Virus record (IMG/VR): IMGVR_UViG_3300030376_005178
Origin: an uncultured virus (IMG/VR IMGVR_UViG_3300030376_005178)
Lineage: Duplodnaviria > Heunggongvirae > Uroviricota > Caudoviricetes
Reading direction: 5' to 3' (one strand)
Length of the DNA: 64,000 nt
The position numbers were made by a program, and so were the translations under genes. Each line of letters opens with the position of its first letter. The stretch's first letter is position 1. The notes beneath the pieces are model-generated. The model was not told where the DNA came from, searched no databases, and worked only from the letters and a program-made list of their open reading frames with translations. Of the stretch, positions 48,800 to 58,784 are shown piece after piece.

Positions 48800-48821
48800 A
48801 TCGGATCGTTTAGGTATCTTC

Positions 48822-48879
48822 ATTATAGTTTATTATTATATTAGATGTAGGGTAGAGTGGACAGTTCCTTAATTGACTC
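48822..48879 (-). promoter_or_regulatory. Early promoter with degenerate 8-6-8 palindrome
   Basis: TATAAT at 48822-48827; TGGACAGT-tcctta-ATTGACTC at 48858-48879, the same 36-nt offset as other copies. Confidence 0.6.
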
Positions 48880-50334
48880 AAGAAATTGCTTATGGTCTAC
48901 ATATTCAAACTGTTTCTTAGAGTTCTCAATAAATTCATGCTGATCTTTAGCATCTTTCAATAAGTCTCCACTATTCTTTCTTGATAAAGCATAATCTTTA
49001 ATTGCATCTTTATTAAACATATGAATACCATTCATTACTTGTATATAATTATCATGTCCCCAATAGTCTAACATATCATCATTTCTAAAGAGATCTAAGA
49101 ACTCATGTTTACATTTTTGTTCCATAGTTCTAACCCATTTAGTTTTATTATTAGTCATATGTCTCCAAAATGGTGAATCATCTCTATTTGTACAATAATG
49201 TAAATTAAGGAATTGAGAATAGTCAAAGAATATTCTATTTTGTACCATATTAAATCTATCTCTATTATAATCTAAGTTCTTTAATGTAGAATTAATACTA
49301 ACAAATGTCTCAACCATAAATGTTAAGTATTGATGTGTTAATGCTTCTAATGGTTCAATAAAACCACCTGATAAACCCACTGCTACACAGTTACCAATCC
49401 ATGCCTCCTTCCAATGTCCAGTCTTCCATTTAATTATTCTATCTGACTCTAATTGTACACCATGATTATCATTTAACCATCTATTATAATCTTCCTTTGC
49501 TTCATCATCAGATGTAAATTGTGAAGAATATAGATAACCAGTACCAAATCTTTCTTGAGTAGGTATCTGCCAAATCCAACCATTTTGTGTTGCTTCAGAT
49601 AAAGTATATGTTGGTATCTTACCAGTATTGTTATTAACTAATTGAGGTATTGCACTATCAATAGGTAGATGTTGTGATAAATCTACCCACTCTGGATTTA
49701 ATTCATTTAATAATATAGATTTAAACCCACTAGCATCAACAAATAAGTCTGCATGATAATTACCAGTATTCTTACCTGTAACACTCTGAATATTCTTACC
49801 ATCAGATGTTACTCTTGATATTACATCAGGTATTAATGTTACTCTATCCTTTAAATAATCAAATAAGAAATTACATAGTTTATCAGTTGTTATATGAAAA
49901 GCATAATGATAACCTGTTAATTTATTAGGTATTAATGTATTAGCTTTATTCCAATTAACACCACCATTATATGTGTTATTTAATAATGAATGAAAGGCAC
50001 TATAATTATCTGATAGATCATCATTCTGTTGTTCACTACTATCACATGTTACTTGACCAAATCCATGATAATATTCTTCATTAGGAATCCAATTCTTAAA
50101 TAATACTCCTAACTTAATCGTTGCATCTAATTCTCTAATAGCATCCTCAGTTGTGTATCCTAAAGTATCATTGAACACATCAATAAAACTAGGTGTTGTT
50201 CCCTCACCTACACCAATACTTTGATTATCAGGATCATATATGAGAGATATATTAACACTATCACCCCAGTAATTCTGCATAATTGCAGCAGTAACTAACC
50301 CAGATGTTCCACCACCAACTATAACTATTTTCAT
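48841..50334 (-). CDS. Flavin-dependent tryptophan-halogenase-family protein
   Basis: GGGTSG FAD motif, IGVGEGT, ATIKLG (catalytic Lys region), FVDASGF, GWIWQIP and FIEPLE; ATGA coupling gives the start at 50334. Confidence 0.9.
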   Translation of the reverse strand: MKIVIVGGGTSGLVTAAIMQNYWGDSVNISLIYDPDNQSIGVGEGTTPSFIDVFNDTLGYTTEDAIRELDATIKLGVLFKNWIPNEEYYHGFGQVTCDSSEQQNDDLSDNYSAFHSLLNNTYNGGVNWNKANTLIPNKLTGYHYAFHITTDKLCNFLFDYLKDRVTLIPDVISRVTSDGKNIQSVTGKNTGNYHADLFVDASGFKSILLNELNPEWVDLSQHLPIDSAIPQLVNNNTGKIPTYTLSEATQNGWIWQIPTQERFGTGYLYSSQFTSDDEAKEDYNRWLNDNHGVQLESDRIIKWKTGHWKEAWIGNCVAVGLSGGFIEPLEALTHQYLTFMVETFVSINSTLKNLDYNRDRFNMVQNRIFFDYSQFLNLHYCTNRDDSPFWRHMTNNKTKWVRTMEQKCKHEFLDLFRNDDMLDYWGHDNYIQVMNGIHMFNKDAIKDYALSRKNSGDLLKDAKDQHEFIENSKKQFEYVDHKQFLESIKELSTLPYI

Positions 50335-51686
50335 ACACATTTATAACCAATAACACCAAAATCTTCAGGTGGGTCAATGTTACCTAAAGTCTTAAAATAT
50401 TTAACATAAGGAGCACCTAATCCGATAGAATATTCATAAAACATATTAGAATTATTCATCCAATCATACGGTAATATAGTTTCACCTGTAGCATTTTGAT
50501 TATGATGTGCTATTCTATAATCATCATCACTAAATGAATCACTTAATATACTATCTAAAAACTTTTTACCTGCAAATACACCTGGATGAGAGAAACAAGG
50601 ACTATTTAAGTATTCTATTGCTGCATCTTTTGTATTCTGCCAGAACTTAGTATCATATCTTGATCCATATTGATATGAAAAACATATGAATGATTGTAGT
50701 GTTTGAATAATATAATTACTGTAGGTTAATTGTAACATATGATCGTGTTCTTCTCTTTCTCGTGCATTATCATTGAACAAATATCTACATATTTGTTCTG
50801 AAATAAAGAATGAAGATTCTGCACTTGATCCAGGACTTCCTGGTTCGATATTAATTAACGCTGTACCATTCCGAATATATCTTTTATTATCTGGATGAAT
50901 TACATAGTTAGATATTTTTGGTGTCCATGTGTGTGAGTATATTTTATACTGATCAAAATCCTCATCAGGAAATACTAATTTAAAATCCTCTCTAACATCC
51001 TCTTCTGTTGATATATTACTATCATACAAATAAACCCATCTTTGCATATTACCATAAGGTAAACCAACAATATGTCCATACTTAGCAGCATATTCTATAG
51101 TATAATTCCATTCACCTTTTGTTGGTTTCTCTACAATTACAGCACTATTTGTAAATGTAACACTAGGATTCATGTAGTCATCTTCCCATCCTAATGGATT
51201 CTTCTCAGTACAATCAATAACATAATCATATTCATCTCCATTAATAAGGCATTTTTCCCCACTTACTTCAAATGAATCAATTTTCTGCTCAATTACAGAT
51301 ACACCTTCCCCAAATATTGATCCACCGTCTTTAATAAATTCTTGTCTAAACTTTTCAATATTAAATGTATTACTACATCCTTGAACCATAAAGTTCTTAT
51401 CTCTTCTCGTACCCCACCCAACATATTTGTATCCACAACTATCCACACCATCACAATACTTTTCTAACCATCTCTTAGTAAAGTATATCTCTCTTTCTAA
51501 TACTTCCTGAAATGCTACACCTGCACCACTTAACATAAATGGGTGTACTTTATCAGGATCATGTATCAATGTATATTCATCATCACCAAAATCATCTATA
51601 CCATCATATCTTTTATTATTAATTAACAGTGCCAACTGCATGAATCCCTCCATAGTTGCACCAACAATAGCTATCTTTCTACTCAT
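50331..51686 (-). CDS. Divergent halogenase-fold protein
   Basis: Same overall layout (IAIVG, YVIDCT, INIEP, YDTKFW) but GxGxxG and WxWxIP are degenerate. Confidence 0.65.
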   Translation of the reverse strand: MSRKIAIVGATMEGFMQLALLINNKRYDGIDDFGDDEYTLIHDPDKVHPFMLSGAGVAFQEVLEREIYFTKRWLEKYCDGVDSCGYKYVGWGTRRDKNFMVQGCSNTFNIEKFRQEFIKDGGSIFGEGVSVIEQKIDSFEVSGEKCLINGDEYDYVIDCTEKNPLGWEDDYMNPSVTFTNSAVIVEKPTKGEWNYTIEYAAKYGHIVGLPYGNMQRWVYLYDSNISTEEDVREDFKLVFPDEDFDQYKIYSHTWTPKISNYVIHPDNKRYIRNGTALINIEPGSPGSSAESSFFISEQICRYLFNDNAREREEHDHMLQLTYSNYIIQTLQSFICFSYQYGSRYDTKFWQNTKDAAIEYLNSPCFSHPGVFAGKKFLDSILSDSFSDDDYRIAHHNQNATGETILPYDWMNNSNMFYEYSIGLGAPYVKYFKTLGNIDPPEDFGVIGYKCV

Positions 51687-51705
51687 TGTATTAAATTAAG
51701 TGTGG

Positions 51706-52311
51706 TTATTTAGTAAAAAAGTTAATGTTTATTAGCATCCTTCTTTCACTATCAGTTGGTGACCCTGCATGATAATGATTTGAAGGAAATAATATTAATC
51801 TACCTTTCTTTGGACTAACAGAATCAATCGGTTCCCATTTATGATTGAATCTATCAATCTCTACCTTATCATTTATATCACATTCATTGAACAAATATGT
51901 ATCACCAGTTGAATCAGTAGGATAATATATTGCACTAACACCACCAGTATTAGTAGCATCTGTATGTGGTGGATAATGTTTAATATCTTCTGCTCTTGGT
52001 GTCTGTAGTATTGCTCTTAATCTTACAGGATGATATCCAGGAATTATATCATCTACAACTTTAGATAATAAACCTATAGTAACATGATATAATGCAGTAT
52101 CAAATATTTGACCATTATTATAAATGTCACAAATAAATTGTGAATAACCACCACTCTTAGTATCATTAGATGAGTGTGGATAATCCATAGAATCCTGCCA
52201 GTTCCAAGGTATTTCTGGACTGGACATTAAACTCTCAAGTACATCTTGATATGTAGGAGAGATTATATCATCAAATACTTGAAATTCAATGGTCATCTTT
52301 AAACAAATCAA
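51706..52311 (-). CDS. 2OG-Fe(II) oxygenase
   Basis: PHTD, AIYY, PKKGRLILF...YHAG and R..ININF motifs. Confidence 0.8.
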   Translation of the reverse strand: MICLKMTIEFQVFDDIISPTYQDVLESLMSSPEIPWNWQDSMDYPHSSNDTKSGGYSQFICDIYNNGQIFDTALYHVTIGLLSKVVDDIIPGYHPVRLRAILQTPRAEDIKHYPPHTDATNTGGVSAIYYPTDSTGDTYLFNECDINDKVEIDRFNHKWEPIDSVSPKKGRLILFPSNHYHAGSPTDSERRMLININFFTK

Positions 52312-52552
52312 GAGGGATTACTTTATCATTTATAATATAATCATTAAGTATATCAGGATCTTCAAAGTTCTCCTCTACATTATCAAGAAATCCTTTCAAA
52401 TCTCTTATTAATTCCCAACAGGCATGTTGTTCTAACTCCTCTTCAGGTGATAGATTCTCCCTCATTCTACCTAACTCAGCATAATACTCATACTTGAGAT
52501 AGATATACTCTCTGACTTTAATAAAGTCTTTGAATGTTGCTACGGTTGCCAT
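52286..52552 (-). CDS. Hypothetical protein
   Basis: 88-aa ORF overlapping both neighbours. Confidence 0.6.
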   Translation of the reverse strand: MATVATFKDFIKVREYIYLKYEYYAELGRMRENLSPEEELEQHACWELIRDLKGFLDNVEENFEDPDILNDYIINDKVIPLDLFKDDH

Positions 52553-53724
52553 GTTTTAGTCACTGTAATGTTTGCTTTTCTAAAGTCATCATCAACAAAC
52601 TTTAGTGCTGTACCACTATATGATACCACATATCCCTCTGGTTGTGAAGCAACACCATCAACAAATGTCTGAATCTCCTTAACTTTATTCAACTGACTTA
52701 TTACCATCTTTTTAGCACTACGAATTGATATGTAAGATGCAACAGTAAAATATATCTCTGTCTCATACTTAGCAATAAATGCTAAACCTGCGTTCTTCAT
52801 GTGCATATATCTTTTCTTACCCTTTTCTGACTTCTTACTATCAATTTCCTCATCCATTTTAACAGAATAGAAATTAGCAAAATCATATGCTACTCTCTTA
52901 GTATCAACAATTCCCTGTCCTTTACGAATTCTTTGGTTAAAGAATTGTTTGAACAATAATGCCATTACAAATTTAGATGAACCATATTCATGGATAATAT
53001 CTAAGAACTCAGATGATCTCTTTAATGATCCCTTTGCTCTATTAATTAATGCAGTGTACTTAGCAGATTCTTGAACATTAAACTTAGTAACACCTGCTTC
53101 ATCAGCAAAGTTAGCATTAGCTATGAATATATTCTCATCAGTATGAATAGTATGTAATTGCCAATTAGGATTAAATACTGCCTTCATATCTTGAAGAGTC
53201 TCACCAAAATATATTGTATGAAATACTATACCTAACTTTGCTTCCATAACAGTAATGCCTTTAAGTGAATCAACAGGCACAGCATATGTAATAGCATTAG
53301 GTTGGAAGGTGACCACTTGTTTGCCACCTATCTTAGCAAATTTCTTATCTTCTTCAGTGAATAACAAATCTCCTTGAAACACCCCAACTATACCAGTTTG
53401 AGATAGATATTTCAAACAAGTCTTTAATTTCCTTCTTAATATCTCTGCTTGATAGTAACGATCTATATCTGTATCATCATAACATACTTTAGGATTAACT
53501 TTATTAAATACTGATTTAGTACCAACAAAGAATCTCTGATTAACTGGATCTCTACCACATATAATAGCAGGTGCTCCATCCCACTTAGTTGAGATGGTTA
53601 GTTCACTCTTCTTACCTGTGAGCATATTTCCGAAATTTTCCAAAAATACAACAGTCTCCATTCCACCAGCAGAACCAGCGTTGAGAATGTTATCTTCGAG
53701 ATGCTCAAGGTGTGTGTTCTTCAT
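52540..53724 (-). CDS. Conserved cyanophage protein (DUF6267-like) with ligase-type nucleotidyltransferase motifs; start revised from 53817
   Basis: MKNTHLEHLED start at the predicted +1; TKWDG, QGDLLF, PEGYVV and LKFVD. Confidence 0.7.
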   Translation of the reverse strand: MKNTHLEHLEDNILNAGSAGGMETVVFLENFGNMLTGKKSELTISTKWDGAPAIICGRDPVNQRFFVGTKSVFNKVNPKVCYDDTDIDRYYQAEILRRKLKTCLKYLSQTGIVGVFQGDLLFTEEDKKFAKIGGKQVVTFQPNAITYAVPVDSLKGITVMEAKLGIVFHTIYFGETLQDMKAVFNPNWQLHTIHTDENIFIANANFADEAGVTKFNVQESAKYTALINRAKGSLKRSSEFLDIIHEYGSSKFVMALLFKQFFNQRIRKGQGIVDTKRVAYDFANFYSVKMDEEIDSKKSEKGKKRYMHMKNAGLAFIAKYETEIYFTVASYISIRSAKKMVISQLNKVKEIQTFVDGVASQPEGYVVSYSGTALKFVDDDFRKANITVTKTWQP

Positions 53725-53730
53725 ACTACC

Positions 53731-53787
53731 ATTATAGTACCCTGTGGGACTTAATGGGGCATGACTGGACACTTTATGAGGTGGTTT
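53731..53787 (-). promoter_or_regulatory. Early promoter with degenerate 8-6-8 palindrome
   Basis: TATAAT at 53731-53736; TGGACACT-ttatga-GGTGGTTT from 53766. Confidence 0.65.
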
Positions 53788-53789
53788 CA

Positions 53790-54389
53790 TTAACGAAACG
53801 GTGGTCCGCACAACCATACTACTAGACTCCTTCTAATACCTTTAGTAACTGGTGTAACTTGATGTAATGAATAACTAGGAAATGCTATAACTAATCCTTT
53901 CTTCTTTGGTAAAGTATTTAATTTACCAGAATTGATTTGAAAATCTCCACCTTCATATTCATCAGCACCAGATAATTGTAAGGTAAGACTTAATTTCCTT
54001 TGAGGATGATCAGATCCTACCACACCACTATCAATGTGCCATCCATAGAATGATTTATCACTATTATATCTTGTATATTGCAAATCTTCACTAAACCCTG
54101 AAATATCAAATCTCCAGTGCATCCCATTAAGACACCTAGAGATATTTCCTAATCTTTGATATATCCATTCTGTGTCATTATTTAATGTTATCCAAGAATT
54201 TAATGACTTACGAATAGCTGAATTCTGTTTTTGATCTTTTTGATTAGCACCTACTGTTGAATCTTTAGCATCATACTGTTCACCAAGACGAATAATTTCA
54301 TCACACTCATCAGTAGTGAATCCCTCTTCCCAAGTGCCATAGTCAGTCTCATCAAATGTAGGATGAGGTAATAAATGATAAGTTGCCAT
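53790..54389 (-). CDS. 2OG-Fe(II) oxygenase, prolyl-hydroxylase (PKHD/P4Hc) type
   Basis: YGWHID, RKLSLTLQLS, YEGGDF and HQVTPVTKGIRRSLVVW. Confidence 0.85.
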   Translation of the reverse strand: MATYHLLPHPTFDETDYGTWEEGFTTDECDEIIRLGEQYDAKDSTVGANQKDQKQNSAIRKSLNSWITLNNDTEWIYQRLGNISRCLNGMHWRFDISGFSEDLQYTRYNSDKSFYGWHIDSGVVGSDHPQRKLSLTLQLSGADEYEGGDFQINSGKLNTLPKKKGLVIAFPSYSLHQVTPVTKGIRRSLVVWLCGPPFR

Positions 54390-54396
54390 TACAAAA

Positions 54397-56166
54397 TTAA
54401 TAAATTACTCGAATGTCTCCTCCATTTGGGATGACAGTATATTTAGTACCTGCCACTGCACGACCAGCAGATCCACCACCAGGATTGGATTTACCCCAGT
54501 CACCACCAGCAACTCCAGGTTGACCAGGAGTTCCAGGAGTACCAGATTGACCGCTACCTCCAGGTGTGCCAGGTTGCCCAGGTTGCCCGTCACCACCTGG
54601 AGTTCCAGGAGTTCCACTACCACCACCTGATCCATCACCACCTGGAGTTCCAGGAGATCCAGGAGTTCCAGGAGATCCTGCACCAGCACTACCACATGAT
54701 CCACTACCTCCAGGAGATCCAGCACCACCAGGAGATCCAGGAGTTCCTGATCCTCCTCCAGATCCACCTTGACCACTACCTCCAGGAGTTCCTGATCCAC
54801 CTGGCGTTCCAGGAGTTCCAGGAGTTCCAGCACCACCAGGTGTTCCAGGTGTGCCAGGCGTACCACCAGATGATGTCAACGCATCAGTGAGGTTATTCCA
54901 TCCTCTTCCAGATGAACCAGAACCAGCGAATCCCTTGAATCCTTTAAATCCATTATAACCCCCTTGTCCACCTGATCCACCTGAACCACCGCCTCCACCT
55001 GATCCTCCAGAACCGCCAGATCCACCTGATCCACCGCCTCCACCTGATCCTCCAGAACCACCTGATCCACCGCCACCACCTGAACCTCCACTACAACCAT
55101 TCCTCATCTGAACAGAGTATTGTTGGTTAGTTCTAGTATTAACAGTATTTCTTGTCTCCTGTGCAGTTGTTTGACAACTTGGATACCTACTCCACCATTC
55201 TCTTCTTCTACTACAGCTCTGACTATAAGTAGTCGTTGTTTGCTGTGATGTACCAGCAACTCTTTGCCATTTATATTGTGTCCATGTCTGCTGACCTGGA
55301 GATCCTGGAGAACCAGGAGATCCGTCAGATCCAGGAGATCCACTACCACCTGATGAACCACCTCCACCTGGAGATCCAGAGGAACCACTACCACCTGGAG
55401 ATCCATCAGATCCAGGAGATCCATCAGCAGTAGGAGCATTTCCATCTGATCCATCTGATCCATCTACTCCATCATATCCACCTCCTCCACCACCCCATAT
55501 CTTAGAGGCATTACCTTCACACTCAACATATACTACACGACTAGCAGGTGCAGAAGGATTACTAACACTTATAGCATGACCACCAGGTTGTCCAGATGAT
55601 ACTCCTTTAGCACCACCTGCCCCCATGATTCCCATACCAGCAGGAGAATTAGCAACATATATGCTAAGGTTAGATGATGACGAACTACCAATAGATATAG
55701 CAGGAGTAGCAACACTAGGAGATATAACCCTACCCTTAACTTTAAGATACTTTGTTATATTTTTATTTAAATTTGAATTCCAGTTTACACTAGCAGTAGG
55801 TGTTGTTGGTCCTGTAAGAGTACCAGCATCAAACTGTGTCTCTGTTTTAGTTGGATCTTGTTCTAGAACATATTCTTTGATAACATCTTTAACATCATTA
55901 GGTGAAATAGCACCACTGGTAGGTATGTGTGCATTCTCAGTAGCATCTAAGATATATGGTAGATGAGTAGTAGATGTTGTAGGTACTGAACTATAGTCAT
56001 ATGGGGCATCAAGATTGGTTACTCTATGCCACTCTGATGCACCAATAGATGAATCAGTCTTACCTATCGCTGCTCTAATACTACCAAATGATATTTCACT
56101 ATTATTTGGTATATTAGCAGTTTTTAATAACTTCTGAGTAGTATTTGACCAATCAGGTGCTGCCAT
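54397..56166 (-). CDS. gp38-like Gly-rich tail-fibre adhesin with expanded G-X-Y repeats
   Basis: GAGG..G...GGHAI, IWGGGGGG and C-terminal GGSAGRAV..G.I resemble T-even gp38; long GTP/GSP/GGS triplet tracts. Confidence 0.65.
   Translation of the reverse strand: MAAPDWSNTTQKLLKTANIPNNSEISFGSIRAAIGKTDSSIGASEWHRVTNLDAPYDYSSVPTTSTTHLPYILDATENAHIPTSGAISPNDVKDVIKEYVLEQDPTKTETQFDAGTLTGPTTPTASVNWNSNLNKNITKYLKVKGRVISPSVATPAISIGSSSSSNLSIYVANSPAGMGIMGAGGAKGVSSGQPGGHAISVSNPSAPASRVVYVECEGNASKIWGGGGGGYDGVDGSDGSDGNAPTADGSPGSDGSPGGSGSSGSPGGGGSSGGSGSPGSDGSPGSPGSPGQQTWTQYKWQRVAGTSQQTTTTYSQSCSRRREWWSRYPSCQTTAQETRNTVNTRTNQQYSVQMRNGCSGGSGGGGGSGGSGGSGGGGGSGGSGGSGGSGGGGGSGGSGGQGGYNGFKGFKGFAGSGSSGRGWNNLTDALTSSGGTPGTPGTPGGAGTPGTPGTPGGSGTPGGSGQGGSGGGSGTPGSPGGAGSPGGSGSCGSAGAGSPGTPGSPGTPGGDGSGGGSGTPGTPGGDGQPGQPGTPGGSGQSGTPGTPGQPGVAGGDWGKSNPGGGSAGRAVAGTKYTVIPNGGDIRVIY
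54490..55495 (-). repeat. 9-nt codon-triplet repeats encoding Gly-X-Y tracts
   Basis: ccaggagtt / ccaggagat / ccacctgat units on the plus strand, interrupted by a non-repetitive ~65-aa insert at ~55095-55290. Confidence 0.85.
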
Positions 56167-56176
56167 GCTTAATTAC

Positions 56177-58756
56177 CTATGATAGTGTTCCTAGGGATAT
56201 TGAACCAACCCCTACTACATTTAGTATGGCAGTAGTGCCATTGATTATAAACTCAACACCAGTAGTTGCACTACCAACATGAGATATCCATGTCCCTGCT
56301 GAATCTTTATGCTGGAACTGATTAGTTGGAAGATGATAACATACATTAGCAGTACCCCAACCAACTGGTTCCTCTACTGGTTTAGCAGGAACAATACTAG
56401 GACTTGTATCTCTATGATTAGCATCATTAACAATTGGTCCCTTCCACCCTCTTACACCAATATAGTCATCAATAAATTTACCATAAGTTTCTGTTCTTAA
56501 TCCAATAAAGTTGCCATCACCCTGACCCATAGCAACACGAACCTTCATCTCTGCCCTATCAAACCACATATTACCAATATGTTCACCATCACTATGGAAA
56601 TATGCAATAGGACTACCACCCTGAGTAGTATTTGCTATTGGTAGACATAAAGCACCACCAGCATATCTCATATCAAGAGCACCACCAGGTTGGTCTGTAT
56701 TAAATCCTACAGATATTGTTGTAGTACCTACACCAACAGTTCCACCCATACCTAGGTGTCCACCATTTAAAGCTATACTTCTATAAATCTCTACCTTTTC
56801 TTCACCATTAGAACTAGGAGCAGCAACAGTAGTACCAATACCAATACTACCACACTCAAATATTGATGTTACATTCTCTAATGCACCAGCAGTAGTTCTA
56901 TCATAACCAACATAGAACTTAGCATCATCTGATCTATCACCTGATGTAGATCCTATACCAATACCAGAAGAGTTATTATCAATAAACAATTCAGCAGTTG
57001 GTGAGTATATCTCAAGACCTTCAGTAATTACAGGTGTAGCAGTATTAATACCAACATACTTACCAAATATTCTTGTATCCTGTCCAGAAGTAACAAGTAT
57101 ATTTGCAAATGTACTTACACCTGTAGGAGAGTAGAATGATACTGAAGAGGTAATACCTGATGCACCATCAATTTTAATCTTTCCTGTAGTAATAGTACCA
57201 ACACCAGTAACATTAAGAGAACCACCAACATCTAAGCTAGTGCAATTTGCTTGCCCTAATGTTGAAATACCAGCGAAATTAGAATTAGTTCCTCTTATAT
57301 CATTACCAATAATATCACCAGCATGAACAGCACCAGTAGCGATAATTGATGAAACACCAATAATCTTACCTGCCATAGTAATACCACTACCAATTATAAG
57401 ACCACCACCATTTTCTATCTTAACTGAAGAACCAGCAACTGTAGCACCAACAACCAAACTACTACCAATAGTCTGTCCTCCACCAATATTTGAACTATCA
57501 AGAGCATCTATTTCTTGTGCAGTTACATTACCACTAATATTGAAATCAGCACCACCTGTCACAGTTCCTGTAAATGTTGATATACCTGCAACAGATAAAC
57601 CTGCACCAACATTCAATACATTAATATTCTGAGTTGAACCAAGTTCAACACTACCAACCAAACTACCACCAATAGATATACTTCCACCAAGAATTAAATC
57701 TCCATCATGTACCCTAACAGTACCAATAAATCCTGCTGATTCTCCTGATGCAGCAACTGTAGCACCTACACCTAGGAACTCTTTAATATTAAGATCCTGT
57801 CCTATTGTACTAACACCTGTTCCTTTTATAATAGATTCAGAAGTACCATTAACAGTAACCTCATCTACTCTAATAGAAGGATCTCCAAGTAAACTGTATG
57901 CAGTTTGAGCACCAACAGCAGTAGAAGCAGTACCAGCAAATGTGGTAGCAGTTATTATTCCACCATTAGCAACAATACCACCAGCAATTTGAAGTGTACT
58001 AAAGCTAGTGATACCAGTAAATGTACCACCAACACCAGCAATATAATTAACAGCAATATTTGGAGTATCAGTTAAACCAGCAGCAACATTTGATTTCGCT
58101 GCATCTGTGACAGTACCAATAAACTGTGGTGCTGTTACGCTTGAAGTTGCAGTGACAGTAGAGAATGTACCAACATCAGCATTAACATTACCTTGACCTT
58201 GACCAGTTGTATTTGTAACCGTTAAATTCTTTGTTACGACTCCTTCAAATGTACCAACACCTGCTACAGGATCCATGTAGATTTCATAACCTACACCAAA
58301 TCCAGCATTATCTCTTGTAAGTGTTGTTCCTATACCAACAGTTTTAACTGAATATATTGTATTACCTGCACCTGGGTTAACCCACACTGAAGCAGGGATA
58401 CCCGTTAATTCTGATCCATCTCCTACAAATTTCTGTGCTGTAATAATACCAGCAAGACTTATTGTCGCTCCTTCACTACCTACACCAACTTGAAATGCCT
58501 CCTCAGGAATTGTAGTTCCGATACCAACTGACGAACCACTAGCTACATTAACAACATTGAAAAATGTAGTAACACCAGTGACTTTAACATTATTAAATTC
58601 TGCTACATCACTAACTATTACATTACCTCGGACATCGAGTTGTTGTCTGGGAATGGTACTTCCGATACCGACCAGACCATTATTGGAGATGAGATCATCG
58701 GTATCTACCTGGATCCCATCCCTAAAATTGATGACGGTTTTATAATTGCTAGGCAT
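56177..58756 (-). CDS. Tail fibre-like protein
   Basis: MPSNYKTVINFRDGIQVDTDDLI, repeated VGIGT motifs, G/T/V-rich. Confidence 0.75.
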   Translation of the reverse strand: MPSNYKTVINFRDGIQVDTDDLISNNGLVGIGSTIPRQQLDVRGNVIVSDVAEFNNVKVTGVTTFFNVVNVASGSSVGIGTTIPEEAFQVGVGSEGATISLAGIITAQKFVGDGSELTGIPASVWVNPGAGNTIYSVKTVGIGTTLTRDNAGFGVGYEIYMDPVAGVGTFEGVVTKNLTVTNTTGQGQGNVNADVGTFSTVTATSSVTAPQFIGTVTDAAKSNVAAGLTDTPNIAVNYIAGVGGTFTGITSFSTLQIAGGIVANGGIITATTFAGTASTAVGAQTAYSLLGDPSIRVDEVTVNGTSESIIKGTGVSTIGQDLNIKEFLGVGATVAASGESAGFIGTVRVHDGDLILGGSISIGGSLVGSVELGSTQNINVLNVGAGLSVAGISTFTGTVTGGADFNISGNVTAQEIDALDSSNIGGGQTIGSSLVVGATVAGSSVKIENGGGLIIGSGITMAGKIIGVSSIIATGAVHAGDIIGNDIRGTNSNFAGISTLGQANCTSLDVGGSLNVTGVGTITTGKIKIDGASGITSSVSFYSPTGVSTFANILVTSGQDTRIFGKYVGINTATPVITEGLEIYSPTAELFIDNNSSGIGIGSTSGDRSDDAKFYVGYDRTTAGALENVTSIFECGSIGIGTTVAAPSSNGEEKVEIYRSIALNGGHLGMGGTVGVGTTTISVGFNTDQPGGALDMRYAGGALCLPIANTTQGGSPIAYFHSDGEHIGNMWFDRAEMKVRVAMGQGDGNFIGLRTETYGKFIDDYIGVRGWKGPIVNDANHRDTSPSIVPAKPVEEPVGWGTANVCYHLPTNQFQHKDSAGTWISHVGSATTGVEFIINGTTAILNVVGVGSISLGTLS

Positions 58757-58784
58757 TATCTTATAGGAGACAAGACGCTTTTAC

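Noticed and set aside
54405..55463. Leu/Val/Asp-rich and Gln/His-rich ORFs over the Gly-rich gene
   Set aside because: Alternate-frame artefacts of 9-nt repeats that lack stop codons
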